DNA of 64,000 bases from Octopus vulgaris (taxonomy: Eukaryota). The translations under genes were made by a program, and so were the position numbers. Below the pieces are notes generated by a model. It had not been told where the DNA came from. It made no database searches and saw only the letters and a program-made list of their open reading frames with translations. How positions within the stretch are numbered: the first letter of the stretch is position 1; each line of letters opens with the position of its first letter. Below, piece by piece: positions 26,938-40,335 of this stretch. The DNA is taken from NCBI GenBank assembly GCA_951406725.2, contig OX597835.1:12958001-13022000 (forward strand), given 5' to 3'.

Positions 26938-26980
26938 TCCAGAGACTAGTTTCTGAGTATTTGCTCTTCATCAGTCTGGA
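26938..26980 (-). ncRNA. Minimal type I hammerhead ribozyme motif
   Basis: Minus strand: TCCAGA CTGATGA AGAGCAAATACTCA GAAAC TA GTC TCTGGA; 6-bp stem I, palindromic ACTAGT stem III, weak stem II. Confidence 0.75.
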
Positions 26981-27019
26981 GTACCATGGCTTGCTAGCTG
27001 TCTTTTATGAAGTGTGATC

Positions 27020-28095
27020 AGAAGGAGAGAGGGAGAGATGAGAAAAAGGGAGAAGGTGAGAGAGAGAGAGAGAGAGGGAGAGAGATAAGAAAGAGAGAGA
27101 GAGGGGGAGAGATGAGACAGAGACAGGAAAAGAGAAAGGGAGAGAGATGAGATGGAGAAATGAGAGAGAGGGAGAGAGATGAGACAGAGACAGGAAAAGA
27201 GAAGGGAGAGAGATGAGATGGAGAAATGAGAGGGAGAGAGATGAGACAGAGAGAAAGAAAAAGAGAAAGGGAGAGAGATGAGATGGAGAAATGAGAGAGG
27301 GAGAGAGAGTGAGACAGAGACAGGAAAAGAGGAAGGGAGAGAGATGAGATGGAGAAATGAGAGAGAGGGAGAGAGATGAGACAGAGACAGGAAAAGAGAA
27401 AGGGAGAGAGATGAGATGGAGAAATGAGAGAGAGGGAGAGAGATGAGACAGAGACAGGAAAAGAGAAAGGGAGAGAGATGAGATGGAGAAATGAGAGAGA
27501 GGGAGAGAGATGAGACAGAGACAGGAAAAGAGAAAGGGAGAGAGATGAGATGGAGAAATGACGGAGAGAGAGAGAGAGATGAGACAGAGACAGGAAAAGA
27601 GAAAGGGAGAGAGATGAGATGGAGAAATGACGGAGAGAGAGAGAGATGTGACAGAGAGAAAGAAAAAGAGAAAGGGAGAGAGATGAGATGGAGAAATGAG
27701 AGAGAGAGAGAGAGAGAGATGAGACAGAGACAGGAAAAGAGAAAGGGAGAGAGATGAGATGGAGAAATGAGAGAGAGGGAGAGAGATGAGACAGAGACAG
27801 GAAAAGAGAAAGGGAGAGAGATGAGATGGAGAAATGAGAGAGAGAGAGAGATGTGACAGAGAGAAAGAAAAAGAGAAAGGGAGAGAGATGAGATGGAGAA
27901 ATGAGAGAGAGAGGGAGAGAGATGAGACAGAGACAGGAAAAGAGAAAGGGAGAGAGATGAGATGGAGAAATGAGAGAGAGGGAGAGAGTGAGACAGAGAC
28001 AGGAAAAGAGGAAGGGAGAGAGATGAGATGGAGAAATGAGAGAGAGGGAGAGAGATGAGACAGAGAGAAAGAAAAAGAGAAAGGGAGAGAGATGA

Positions 28096-28135
<40 letters not shown>

Positions 28136-28310
28136 CAGGAAAAGAGAAAGGGAGAGAGATGAGATGGAGAAATGAGAGAGAGGGAGAGAGATGAGACAGA
28201 GACAGGAAAAGAGAATGGGAGAGAGATGAGATGGAGAAATGACGGAGAGAGAGAGAGAGATGAGACAAAGAGAAAGAAAAAGAGAGAGACAGGAAGACAA
28301 AAAGAGAGAA
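27020..28310. repeat. Purine-rich minisatellite, unit about 60 bp
   Basis: About 20 copies of gagatgagacagagacaggaaaagagaaagggagagagatgagatggagaaatga(ga)n. Confidence 0.95.
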
Positions 28311-28760
28311 GAAACTGACCCCAGTATTTGACTGGTACTCTACTTCTTGACAGAAAAACAGATGAAAGGCACAGCTAACCTTATAGGGACTTGAACCAGG
28401 AAGCAAAACAACATTCACCACAAGGTATGATAGCACAACCAATTCTCCAGCAGAGGACAAACATTTTAAAGAAACAACATCATTAAATTAGCGTTAGAGA
28501 CTGTATTCTTTGAAATTGTATATTTTGACATATTTTGGTCAGTGGCCAGATTTTAATAGCCACAGCTGTGTACTTGTGTGAATGGGTGTTTATATGTATA
28601 TATACATATACACACACACACATACACTCATATACGAATATATATATTCAGACATATGAACATATATATACATAGATACATACATATATATGTATGTATA
28701 TATGTATATATATATATATATGTATTTATGTATATATATATATGTATATATATATGTATG

Positions 28761-28809
<49 letters not shown>

Positions 28810-29651
28810 GTAGATATATAGATATATATATACATATATATATATGTATGTATATAGGTATATATATATATATATATATTTACACACACATAAATATATA
28901 TATATGCATATATGTGAATTTATATGAATGTGTATGTGCCTATATAGATATATATGTAATACATATGTGTGTATGTATGTATGTATATACATATATAGAT
29001 ATAGATATATGCATATATGTACGTGTACGTGTGTGTGTATGTGTATAATATATGTATATATGCATGTATGTATGTGTATATGTGTGTGTATGTGATGAGA
29101 GAAAGACAAAGAAAAAAAGAGAAAGAGAGAGAAACAAACAGAGAAAGTGAATTTACTTACAGTTTGCATAAATGAATATATTTAAATCACACACACACAC
29201 ACACACAGGCATAAACAAACACACACATAAACACACAGACACCTATGCTGTGACACAACATCTGTTGTGAGTTTTTCCAATGCTATTCTTCAAATGTGAA
29301 ATGTAAATTACATACTGCAATGCAGGAGTGAGTGTCAGATTGGGAAAGTGGTGTCAGATATAATTACACAGCTTCTCTTGTCAATGTCTCAATGAATTGT
29401 AATGTCCCACATACATCATATGCTGTGTGTGTGTGTGTGTGTTTATTGTGTGTGTGTGTGTGTGTGTGTGTGTTTGGTGTGTGGCTGCTTCAAGTTAAAC
29501 ACTGGTGGTGATACTGTGGACATGTGTATTTGTGTGTATGTGTGTATATAAGCATATATATGTATGTGTGTATGTATGCATATATATGTATTTGTGTCTG
29601 TGCATGTGTGTCTATCTATCTATCTATCTATCTATTTATCTATCTATCTAC

Positions 29652-29744
<93 letters not shown>

Positions 29745-29848
29745 CACAACAGACAGTGCAGCATGGTGCAGTCCTCTGGTTTGCTGGCTTCTGCCAAAGC
29801 ATCTGACCCATGCCAGCACAGGAAATGGATGTTAAATGATGATGGTGA

Positions 29849-29893
<45 letters not shown>

Positions 29894-30135
29894 TATCATC
29901 ATCATCATCATCATCATCATCGTTTAACGTCCGTTCTCCATGCTATATATGCATGGCACGTAAGAGAACCATCCGAACGTGACCGTTACCAGCGCCGCCC
30001 CGACTGTCCTTGTGCCGGTGGCATGTAAAAAGCACCATCCGTTCGTCGCCTTCTGGCTTCCCAGACCCCAGTTGAACCATCCAACCCATGCTAGCATGGA
30101 AAGCGGACGCTAAACGATGATGATGATGATGATGA

Positions 30136-30166
<31 letters not shown>

Positions 30167-30266
30167 ATATATGTATATATATCATCATTTTTTCCAATCT
30201 GTAGAGAAATGGCTAAAACTTGCCCTGTTTATTATTATACCATATGTTACACATGTACACACACAC

Positions 30267-31440
30267 AGGATGTCCCAGAAAGAATTACCTATTGATATTA
30301 TTCAAAATAAACTTAAGGTTCTAATGCGAATTGTCAATCCATTGTAGTAATTACATTTCAAAGTGACCCCTTTTTACCTTGATCGTAGCTGAATTGCATA
30401 GGTGCCGTATCACCTCTTCATCTAACTTGACCCATAAAGGCTGAGGGGCTTTCTTTAGATCTAACACATCTGAATAGGTGCTAATAGAAACATTACTCTC
30501 CATGATGGACCAGATAGCAAAGTCCTTGGAGTTGATGTCTGCATTTGAGAGAGGTCTTATCATCTTCTTCCAAAAACTGCTGAAATGCTTTCTGCACCAC
30601 CTCTGTGTCAAATTGGATATGTTGACCGGAGCCCTGCCTTGGGGGAAGATGTAACAGCCACCGAAGGTTTCTGTGGCCCAGGGTAGCACTTTCTCATCCA
30701 ACATTTCCACATAAACTTCACTGCTGATCTTGGCACCAGCATCGATGATGATCATGGGAGACTTGAGGGGAACCATATCATCTTGTCCCTAAAATGCTCT
30801 TTGCACCAACACTGCATCAAAATGGATGTGTGGGCCAGAGCCCTGTCTCGAGTGAAGATCTAACAGTCACCAAAGGTTTCTGTGATCCATTTTCCACATA
30901 AACTTCAGCATCGATGAAGATCAATGAAGACTTGAACCCATCAGATGCATTTTGTGCATAAAGCCTGTCATTCTGCCTGTTGGTAACAGCCTTCACGGTG
31001 AAGGTTTTCTTGTCGGACCAGATCAGCATTTTGTTAGCAGCATGCTTCATCTCAGCTAACATGGCTCTACCCCTTTTGAGCCACTTCTTCTTGGAAGCTG
31101 CTGAAATTAACTACCGTAATTGTTTCTTCTATGCAATGAGCTTTAAATCTTCTTTAAAAATCTTGTGCATTGACGATTTCGAAATATCAAGAGCTTTGGC
31201 AGTTTTCCTTGCATAGCTGCAAGGATTTCAGTTCATTTGTTTCTTCGCAGCTTCAACAGTTTGTTTAGTACAAATTGATCGTTTCCTACCAGGAATTGGT
31301 ATGCTAGGGGTAGTAACAGACTCCGTTTATTGTTTCCAGGTATTGAACACTGTTTTACAGCACACATTCAACTGTTTTGTTATGTGCTTGCTACTCACTC
31401 CAGCTGTTTCCAAAGCAAACAATCTGGTCACGTTTTCCAC
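30267..31440 (-). pseudogene. Decayed Tc1/mariner transposon, DD37D (maT)-type transposase
   Basis: IWSDKKTFTV..VTNRQNDR; FPQGRAP...37 aa...NADINSKDFAIWSIME (decayed QDGAP / SPDLNPxD); ends KRGHFE; N-terminal HTH remnant; TIR-like caggatgtcccaga. Confidence 0.85.
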
Positions 31441-31446
31441 ACAAGT

Positions 31447-31560
<114 letters not shown>

Positions 31561-31688
31561 ATATATTTATATATATATATATACACACACACATATATAT
31601 ATACATATATACATAAATATATACATATATACACACTCTCACACACACACACACACACAACACATATATATATACATATATATACACT

Positions 31689-31728
<40 letters not shown>

Positions 31729-31734
31729 CATATA

Positions 31735-31900
31735 CATGATGGGCTTCTTTCAGTTTCCATCTACCAAATTCACTTACAGGTCTTTGGTTGAACCGAATCT
31801 ATAGTAGAAGACACTTGCCCAAGGTGCCACACTGTAGTACTGAACCCAGAACCATGTGGTTGGGAAGCAAGCTTCGTACCACACAGCCATGCCTGCACCT
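31735..31900 (-). mobile_element. SINE B 5' half
   Basis: Homologous to 9833. Confidence 0.8.
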
Positions 31901-32104
31901 ATTATATACAAATATATTCCAAATTACCAAATTGCACCTCGACCAAACAGGTTGTCTGCAACCTAACAGAATCCAGTTTATTCTTTCTTTCTTTATTTTT
32001 TCCTATTTTTTTCATCTCAGATTGTGATGTATCTATTGGGAAAATATCTCTTGTCTAACTTCCTACTGAATACCACACAGGTCCCTAAGTTATTTTTATT
32101 GTAG

Positions 32105-32215
32105 GGGCCATAGACTCAGCAGCAGCAGCAGCCGTCCAAGAATTTGGACCTGGAGATCTCCATTTCCAGTGACTTCGAGGACCACCTCCCAGTGGTGTTG
32201 GGCGTCAACGAATAG
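32105..32215 (+). other. Candidate exon in a GC-rich unique island
   Basis: ttatttttattgtAG acceptor; frames give GAIDSAAAAAVQEFGPGDLHFQ* or TQQQQQPSKNLDLEISISSDFEDHLPVVLGVNE*. No recognised homology. Confidence 0.3.
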
Positions 32216-32910
32216 CCCTCGACTACAACAAGACGACCAAAGTTTGATTTTTTTCCAAGGTTTGGGGTCTCCCACCCCTAAGCCCTTGACCATCACCTAA
32301 TCACCCTTACCCGTCTTCTTGCTTAACAACAACAACAACAGCAGCAGCAACAGCAACAGATCTTATATAAAATGACGAAACCCCCTTTTTTTTCTATGTT
32401 TTTACCTCAATGAAGTAATGAATTATTCAGTAATATCGAAAGAGAGAACTTTGATAGTGAAACAAGATTCAGTGTTGTTGTTGTTGTTGTTGTTGCTGTT
32501 ATTCTGTTTTATTCCTTTCTATTTTGTTGATGTTGTTCTCGTTGTTTCTGTTATTGTTGTCGACGTTGATATTACTGCAGTTGTTGTTGTTTGGCATTGT
32601 TGTAGTTGTGGTTGTTGTTGTTAGTATTGTTCATAATCGATGTTCTTGTTGTTGCTTCTGTTGTTATTAAGAAGGTCATGAGGTCAGCTTTGCTTTAGCA
32701 AAATCCAGCCAAGCTACAGAAATACAAGGGATAATACATAACAAAATCATACTATTGTTTTTGGCTCAAAACTACAACACACAAACTTCCTCTTATTTTC
32801 ATTTTATTTCGTTTCATATTATAATCATTTTTTCCCCATTCATATAGATTTATTGTGATTGCTAACTTGATGTTAAAGTTTGAAATATGCCCTTCCTTAT
32901 TTCAAAGATA

Positions 32911-33299
32911 GTGGAGGTGCAATGGCCCAGTGGTTAGGGCAGCGGACTCGCGGTCATAGGATCGCGGTTTCGATTCCCAGATCGGGCGTTGTGAGTGTTT
33001 ATTGAGCAAAAACACCTAAAGCTCCACGAGGCTCCGGCAGGGGATGGTGGTGATCCCTGCTGTACTCTTTCACCACAACTTTCTCTCACTCTTACTTCCT
33101 GTTTCTGTTGTACCTGTATTTCAAAGGGCCGGCCTTGTCACTCTCTGTGTCACGCTGAATATCCCCGAGAACTACGTTAAGGGTACACGTGTCTGTGGAG
33201 TGCTCAGGCACTTACACGTTAATTTCACGAGCAAGCTGTTCCGTTGATTCGGATCAACCGGAACCCTCATCGTCGTAACCGATGGAGTGCTTCCATTCC
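32911..33299 (+). mobile_element. Full-length SINE family C
   Basis: A and B boxes present; flanked by direct repeat atttcaaagat. Confidence 0.9.
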
Positions 33300-33474
33300 A
33301 TTTCAAAGATGAAAGGGAGGGCATTGAGAGAATTTGTGGAACCTATGTCAAAACAGTTAAGTAAATTGAGATTGTTTTGCAGACACCGGTTCCAAGCAGA
33401 TTAATCTTTTGGCAAGAGCCAGCATCAAGCACTAAAATGGCATTTTGCAAGCATCAATAGCAAACATTAGCATC

Positions 33475-34625
33475 AGATTTTGGCGCAAGGGTAGCAGTTT
33501 TTGGGGAGAGAAGGGCTAAGGGGTTAAGGTGATTAGATTGACCCCAGTGTTCAACTGGTACTTATTTCATCAACCCCGAAAGGATGAAAGGAAAAGTCGA
33601 CCCCCAAAAGGATGAGAGCTGACGTCGACCCTGAAGGATTGAAGAGCAAAGTCGACGCAGGTGGAATTTGAACTCAGAATGTAAAGACGGAGGACATGCC
33701 ACTTAGCATTTCGTTCAGCATGGTAATAGTTCTGCCAACTCACCACCTTAACAGTTGCTTCAAATTTTTGGCACAAGGCCAGCAATTTCAGGGGAGGGTT
33801 GATTGAATTGACCCTGGTAGTACTTATTTTATCAACCCTCAAATGATGAAAGGCAAAATCGACCCCAGTGGAAATTGAACCCAGAATGTAAAGAAAGATG
33901 GAGATGCCACTCATTTTGCCTGGCCCCTTAGCAGCTCACCCACTTAACAGCAGCAAATGTTAACATCTTTTTTTTTTGCAAGACTCATTAGCAAGCACCA
34001 AAATCTTTTTGCACGGTGCAGCTAGATGCAGCTGGATCTTTTTGTAAGCAGTTGTAGTAAATTTTCCTTTCTTCTTTAGGTACAAGTCTTGAAATTTTAG
34101 GCTTGGGGGTTAGTCAATTACGTTGACCCCAACACCCAGTGCTCATCTGGTACTTGTGTCATCAACCCCAAAATGATGAAAAACAAAGTTGACCTCAATG
34201 AATTTAAACTCAGAATGTAAGGACGGACAAAATTCCTCTAATCAATTTTTCCAGGATGCTAACATTTCTGCCTGCTTGCTGCTTTAACCAGCAGCAAATA
34301 TTAGTTTCAAATTTTGGCTCATGGCCAGCAATTTCAGGGGTAGGGGTAAGTTGATTACATTAACCAAAGTGGATGCTGGTAGAATTTGAACTCAGAACAA
34401 GAAGATGAATGAAATACCGCTAAGTGTTTTCTTCTTTGAGTTAATGATTCTGCCAGAATAATGGTTTCGAATGTTGGCACAAGGCCAGCAATTTCAGAGG
34501 TGGGGGTAATTCAATTATATCGACCCCAGTGTTCAATTGGTACTTGTTTTATCGATCCCAAAAAGATGAAAGGTAAAATTGAATTTGAACTCAGAATGCA
34601 AAGACAGGCGAAATGCCAATAACAA
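33475..34625 (-). mobile_element. Head-to-tail array of about five degraded SINE A copies
   Basis: Repeated ttggcacaaggccagcaattt...gaatttgaactcagaa. Confidence 0.75.
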
Positions 34626-35469
34626 GTATTGAGATCTCTTTGCAAGTGCCAACCAGTAACAAGCGTTAAACATGTTTTTGTAAGCACCAGTAGCAATGCA
34701 TCTAGATTGCATTTCTTTAATTAGCACATTCTTGCTTGCAAATAAGAAAAATATTTAATATATGTAAACTGGAACACATGGAAAAATTTCCCTGAAAAAA
34801 ATTACTGTAATTTCTCTGATTGATTTGTGTTTATAAGAGGTGGGGGGAAAAAAATTGACTTTAAAAACCTCCATTTTGAATTTCTGCATTACGTATTGAG
34901 GCAATTTACTTACTTTTGACATGAAGCAAAATTATTATTCAAAGTAATTAATTGGAGAACTCATAATTTTAAATAATTTCCTAAAATATTGTTATTTCAA
35001 TCATTATTTCCTCATTCTTGTCTTCCATTTGTTTATTCATTTTCGTTTTTTCTTTCTATCAAACCTGTAATAAAAATCGTTGTTTTTTGCTGTTGTTTTT
35101 GTTACATATATTAATAGATATTCACAAGCTATATTACATCTAATATGATAAAAAAAAAGAATTATGAATTTTAAAAAAAATCGCCAAATATTATGAGATA
35201 TTTTGATATCAGTGTTGTGGAAACTCACCAATATATTGATGCCTTCGGCAGAAAAATAAATATTTTGCAGCTCTTTTTCTTTTTCTTAATGTATTCTCCC
35301 CCCCCCCCTCTTCACTGAAACAAAATTTTGCTTTCTCTATTGCAGATATTTTTGCTTCAGTCTTTCTCACACGCTTTTGTCAGCCTTAAATTCAATATTT
35401 TCAAGCTTCCTTAGCAATAATTTCTAAATAACCTCCTCCACGCTCCCATATTTCATTTAATCTGACAGC

Positions 35470-36112
35470 CATACTCTTTTACTCTTTTACTTGTTTCAGT
35501 CATTTGACTGCGGCCATGCTGGAGCACCGCCTTTTAGTCGAGCAAATCGACCCCAGGACTTATTCTTTGTAAGCCCAGTACTTATTCTATCGGTCTCTTT
35601 TGACAGCAACGTAAACACATCAGCATCGGTTGTCAAGCAAAGGCGGTGAGCTGGCAGAATCGTTAGCACGTCTGGTGAAATGCTTAGCAGTATTTCGGCT
35701 GCCGTTACGTTGTGAGTTCAAATTCCGCCGAGGTCGACTTTGCCTTTCATCCTTTCGGGGTCGATAAATTAAGTACCAGTTAGCATTGGGGTCGATATAA
35801 TCGACTTAATACCTATGTCTGTCCATGTTTGTCCCCTCTATGTTTAGCCCCTTGTGGGTAATAAAGAAATAGGTTGTCAAGCAATGCTAGGGGGACAAAC
35901 ACAGACACACAAACATACACACACACATATATATATATATATATACATATAAACGACGGGCTTCTTTCAGTTTCCGTCTACCAAATCCACTCACAAGGCT
36001 TTGGTCGGCCCGAGGCTATAGTAGAAGACACTTGCCCAAGGGGCCACGCAATGGGACTGAACCTGGAACCATGTGGTTGGTAAGCAAGCTACTTACCACA
36101 CAGCCACTCCTG
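35470..36112 (-). mobile_element. SINE B with nested SINE A (35640-35873, plus strand)
   Basis: ggttgtcaagcaa is duplicated around the nested SINE. Confidence 0.9.
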
Positions 36113-36142
36113 AAGAACTACAACCATATATATATATATATA

Positions 36143-36670
36143 CTAGCAGCTAAGCCCGGTTTCACCTGGTCTGTTTGGATGATGTGGCTGTGATCGTTTT
36201 CGGTCAGGCATAATCTAGAACAGCGTTTCTCAACCTTATCATTTCAGGTCCCCTGTTTCAATTGGAGCCTCCAGCTATCTGAAAATTTCCTGACCCCACC
36301 TCATCAGAAAACAGCTTCTAAGCAAATGGTTGTTTTAATGGCGGAAGAAAGAGGAGAATTCCCTTAGAAAAAGTTTTACTCAATTTTCTCGGTAACTATA
36401 GGGATAGGGGCTAGGGAAAAAATACAAACCACATTCCAATCTATACACCAGTCTCCACATGCGTGCCATTTTTCACGCGAATCCACTCAGCCGTTTGGCT
36501 GTGAACCTCAAGACAAGAAAGAATACAACGATCGCCCATGTCCAATTTATATTATAGATATATACATGTGTGTGTGTGTGTGTGAGCACACACGTGCATC
36601 TATATATGTGTGCATGTATGCATCTATATATGTGTATGTGTGCATCCATATATATATACATGTATATACA

Positions 36671-36722
<52 letters not shown>

Positions 36723-37253
36723 CATATACATACAATAGAGAGATGTTTTTGTTTCACTTTTAACACGTAATACTGAAATAGTGGAGAAGATAATTGTTGT
36801 GGGCTCACCCTAGGCAAGAAGTTAAAATTTCTTTTGCCCATGACATTCCATGGACCCTAAGTAAGGCATGTGTAAAATTTGAATGAAATTGGTTGTGTAG
36901 TTCTCAAGTTTTAGGGATTCATAGTGGAGAAAATATGATATTGCTATGGGCTTGCCCTAGGCAAGAAGTTAAAAATTTTTGCCCATGACACTCCATGGAC
37001 TCTAAGTAAGGCATGTGTAAAATTTGAATGAAATTGGTTGTGTAGTTCTCAAGTTTTAGGGATTCATAGTGGAGAAAATATGATATTGCTATGGGCTTGC
37101 CCTAGGCAAGAAGTTAAAAATTTTTGCCCATGACACTCCATGGACTCTAAGTAAGGCATGTGTAAAATTTGAATGAAATTGGCTGTGTAGTTCTCAAGTT
37201 TTAGGGATTCACACAGACAGACACACACACATTCTCAGTTTTATATAGATAGA
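36143..37253 (-). mobile_element. Non-autonomous Helitron with three tandem repeats of about 145 bp
   Basis: Minus strand 5' TCTAT...; 3' CCAGGTGAAACCGGG hairpin then CTAG|T; repeats start at 36781, 36924 and 37069. Confidence 0.75.
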
Positions 37254-37879
37254 TTGATAGAATAACATCTGAACAATATGTAATCTAATCTATGTAATAT
37301 TGCAACAGAATGACGAGGAGATAAAAAGCCCAAACACATGAAATCGATGACAAGAAAATGTCTTGTGAACTTAGCAGCTAGTTTAAGGGTTAACTTAATA
37401 CATTAGAGTAGCCTGAGATCATAAGGGGTTTTCTGTTTATTTTTGTATATTAAGTAAATGAAGGGAAGAATCACAACTGATGCTGACATTCTATGGGTTA
37501 ACATAGCACCAAGGAATAGCCAAACATCGAAGGCGTTTTCCTATTTATTTTCATATTATCAGAAGGTAAATGAAGAGAAGAATGACAACCAATGTTGACG
37601 TGGATGGTTTGCATTCCTGCCAAACCAGTCCAAAATTCATACCAGTTTGTTAAATTGTTTTCCGGTATAGATCTATAAATGTTGAAATGCTGTCAACGAT
37701 AAACATTCAAGGATATATTTTCTATCTTTCTTTTTTTTATTTTTGTCTTCAAATTTTTTCCACATCTTTGACAAAGCTAAATTCCATTTGTTTTGACTAA
37801 CAGTTTTATTTTTAAGTATCACTTGATTTTTCGGTATTGTTTCCTGTAGATTCAGGACAAACAATTGTTTTAATTTTTG

Positions 37880-38500
37880 TCTAACCTTTTTGATACGAAC
37901 CTACCTGAGGCCGTGCCTCATTCTACTATGCAGATTTCCTGTTTTAACGAGATCTAAATTAACAACTTCCTCAAAATTTCATGTAATTAATATTCCAAAC
38001 ACCAGCTTGATAGTAATAACAACAAAGTTATTTCACCAAGTTCATTGTTTTCAAAATAAACTGAAGCAAAGTCAGTGTAGTTCGAAACAAATATGGTAAC
38101 AAAAGGGTTAAAGTGATCTAAATTAAAACCATTCATCAAAATTTCCTATTAATTGATATTCCAATCACAAGGTTATTTTACTAAATTCTCCATTATTTTT
38201 GAACTTAAATGAATAAAAGGCAGAGTATTTCAACAGAAATATGGTAACAAAAGGTTTAAATCTTTTGATATTAATCTGCCTGAAGTTGCTCCTGGTTCTA
38301 TGATACAAATTTCCTGTTTTAAAAGTAATCCAAATTAAAAGCATCCTTCAGAATTTCAAGGTAAATTATGCTTTAAACACCTGCACAATGATGACAAAGG
38401 TATTTTATTAAGTTCTTCGTTATTCCTAAAAAATGGATTGATTCAAAGGAAATGTATTTCAACAGAAATATGGTAACAAAAGGGTTAAAGTGATCGAAAT
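37880..38500 (-). mobile_element. Tandem piggyBac-like MITE units
   Basis: Repeated aaatatggtaacaaaagggttaa. Confidence 0.6.
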
Positions 38501-38504
38501 AAAA

Positions 38505-38899
38505 ACTTCTCTTTTACTTGTTTCAGTCATTTGACTGTGGTCATGCTGGAGCACCACCTTTAGTCATTAGTGTATGACCATACTGGAGCACCACCTTGAA
38601 CAGGTTTTAGTTGAACTAATCAAACTTAAGACTTATTCTTTGTAAGCCTAGAACTTATTCTATTGGTCTCTTTTGCTGAACTGCTAAGTTACGGGGATGT
38701 AGACACACCAACATTCTCTTAGTCTTTTATTTGTTTCAATCATTTGACTGTGGCCAAGCTGGAGCACTGCCTTGAAGGACATATATTTCTTTTTAAGCCT
38801 AGTACTTACTTTATTGGATCTTTTGCCGAACTGCTAAGTTACAGGGGTGTAAACACATCATCAGCAGTTGTCAAGTGATGGTGAAGGACAAACACAAAC

Positions 38900-38956
<57 letters not shown>

Positions 38957-39253
38957 CACACAATTTTATTAATATTTCACAGAAGTAACAGAGTTACTCA
39001 GGGTCCAAGAGTTTCGTGTGTTGGCATGCATCAAACTGGTAACAGGCTGACGACCTGAGAGTTTGTATGGTTTTGTTTATAAGGCGCAGGAGTGGCCGTG
39101 CGGTAAGTAGCTTGCTTACGAACCACATGGTTCCAGGTTCAGTCTCACTGCGTGGCACCTTGGGCAAGTGTCTTCTACTATAGCCTCAGGCTGACCAAAG
39201 CCTTGTAATTAGATTTGGTAGATGGAAACTGAAAGAAGCCCATCTTATATATA

Positions 39254-39335
<82 letters not shown>

Positions 39336-39555
39336 TGTGTGTGTCTGTGTTTGTCCCCCCAACATCACTTGACAACCGATGCTGGCGTGTTTATGTCCCC
39401 GTAACTTAGCGGTTTGGCAAAAGAGACCGATAGAATAAATAAATACTAGGCTTACAAAGAGGAAACCCTGGGGTCGATTTGCTCAGACTAAAGGCGGTGC
39501 TCCAGCACGGCCACAGTCAAATGACTGCAACAAGTAAAAGAGTAAAGAGTAATGA
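38505..39555. mobile_element. SINE B cluster (minus-strand fragments at 38505-38900; full plus-strand copy at 39082-39555)
   Basis: Homologous to 9833. Confidence 0.85.
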
Positions 39556-39615
39556 GTAAATATATTTCCTTTTTGCTCTCTCTTTCTTTCTTTCTTTCTT
39601 TCTTTCTTTATTTCT

Positions 39616-39650
<35 letters not shown>

Positions 39651-39891
39651 GCTATGTCTTTGCTTATTGAATGACATAACAAGTAAACTATTTGAATCGT
39701 CCCATGTGACATTGTTATGATTCGTTCTAGAACAATCCAGAGAGAAATACTTTCATCAGTAACTGTATAAACTCACAGGCCTTTGACCTGTGACTAATTT
39801 GATAAGTGCCAAAGCAAGAAACTCTCAGACCTTCAGTTGTGTATGTGTATGTGTATATATATATATACATAAGTATGTGATTGTGTGTCTG

Positions 39892-39948
<57 letters not shown>

Positions 39949-39953
39949 GCATG

Positions 39954-39991
<38 letters not shown>

Positions 39992-40080
39992 AACACACAA
40001 ATATATATATGTGTGTGTGTATGTATATATATATATATATATAGACACACATATATATGTGTATGTGTATGTATATATAT

Positions 40081-40138
<58 letters not shown>

Positions 40139-40194
40139 ATTTGTATATATGTGTGTGTATATATATGTGTGTTTGTGTATGTATATAAATATAT

Positions 40195-40238
<44 letters not shown>

Positions 40239-40241
40239 ATG

Positions 40242-40275
<34 letters not shown>

Positions 40276-40335
40276 CGTATGTGTGTGTGTGTGTGTATGA
40301 GTGTTTGTTTTGTATATATTGATATATATATATAC

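Noticed and set aside
27005-28460. 431-aa and 480-aa Ser/Leu-rich ORFs
   Set aside because: A pyrimidine-rich repeat strand cannot form stop codons; unit length varies without keeping frame.
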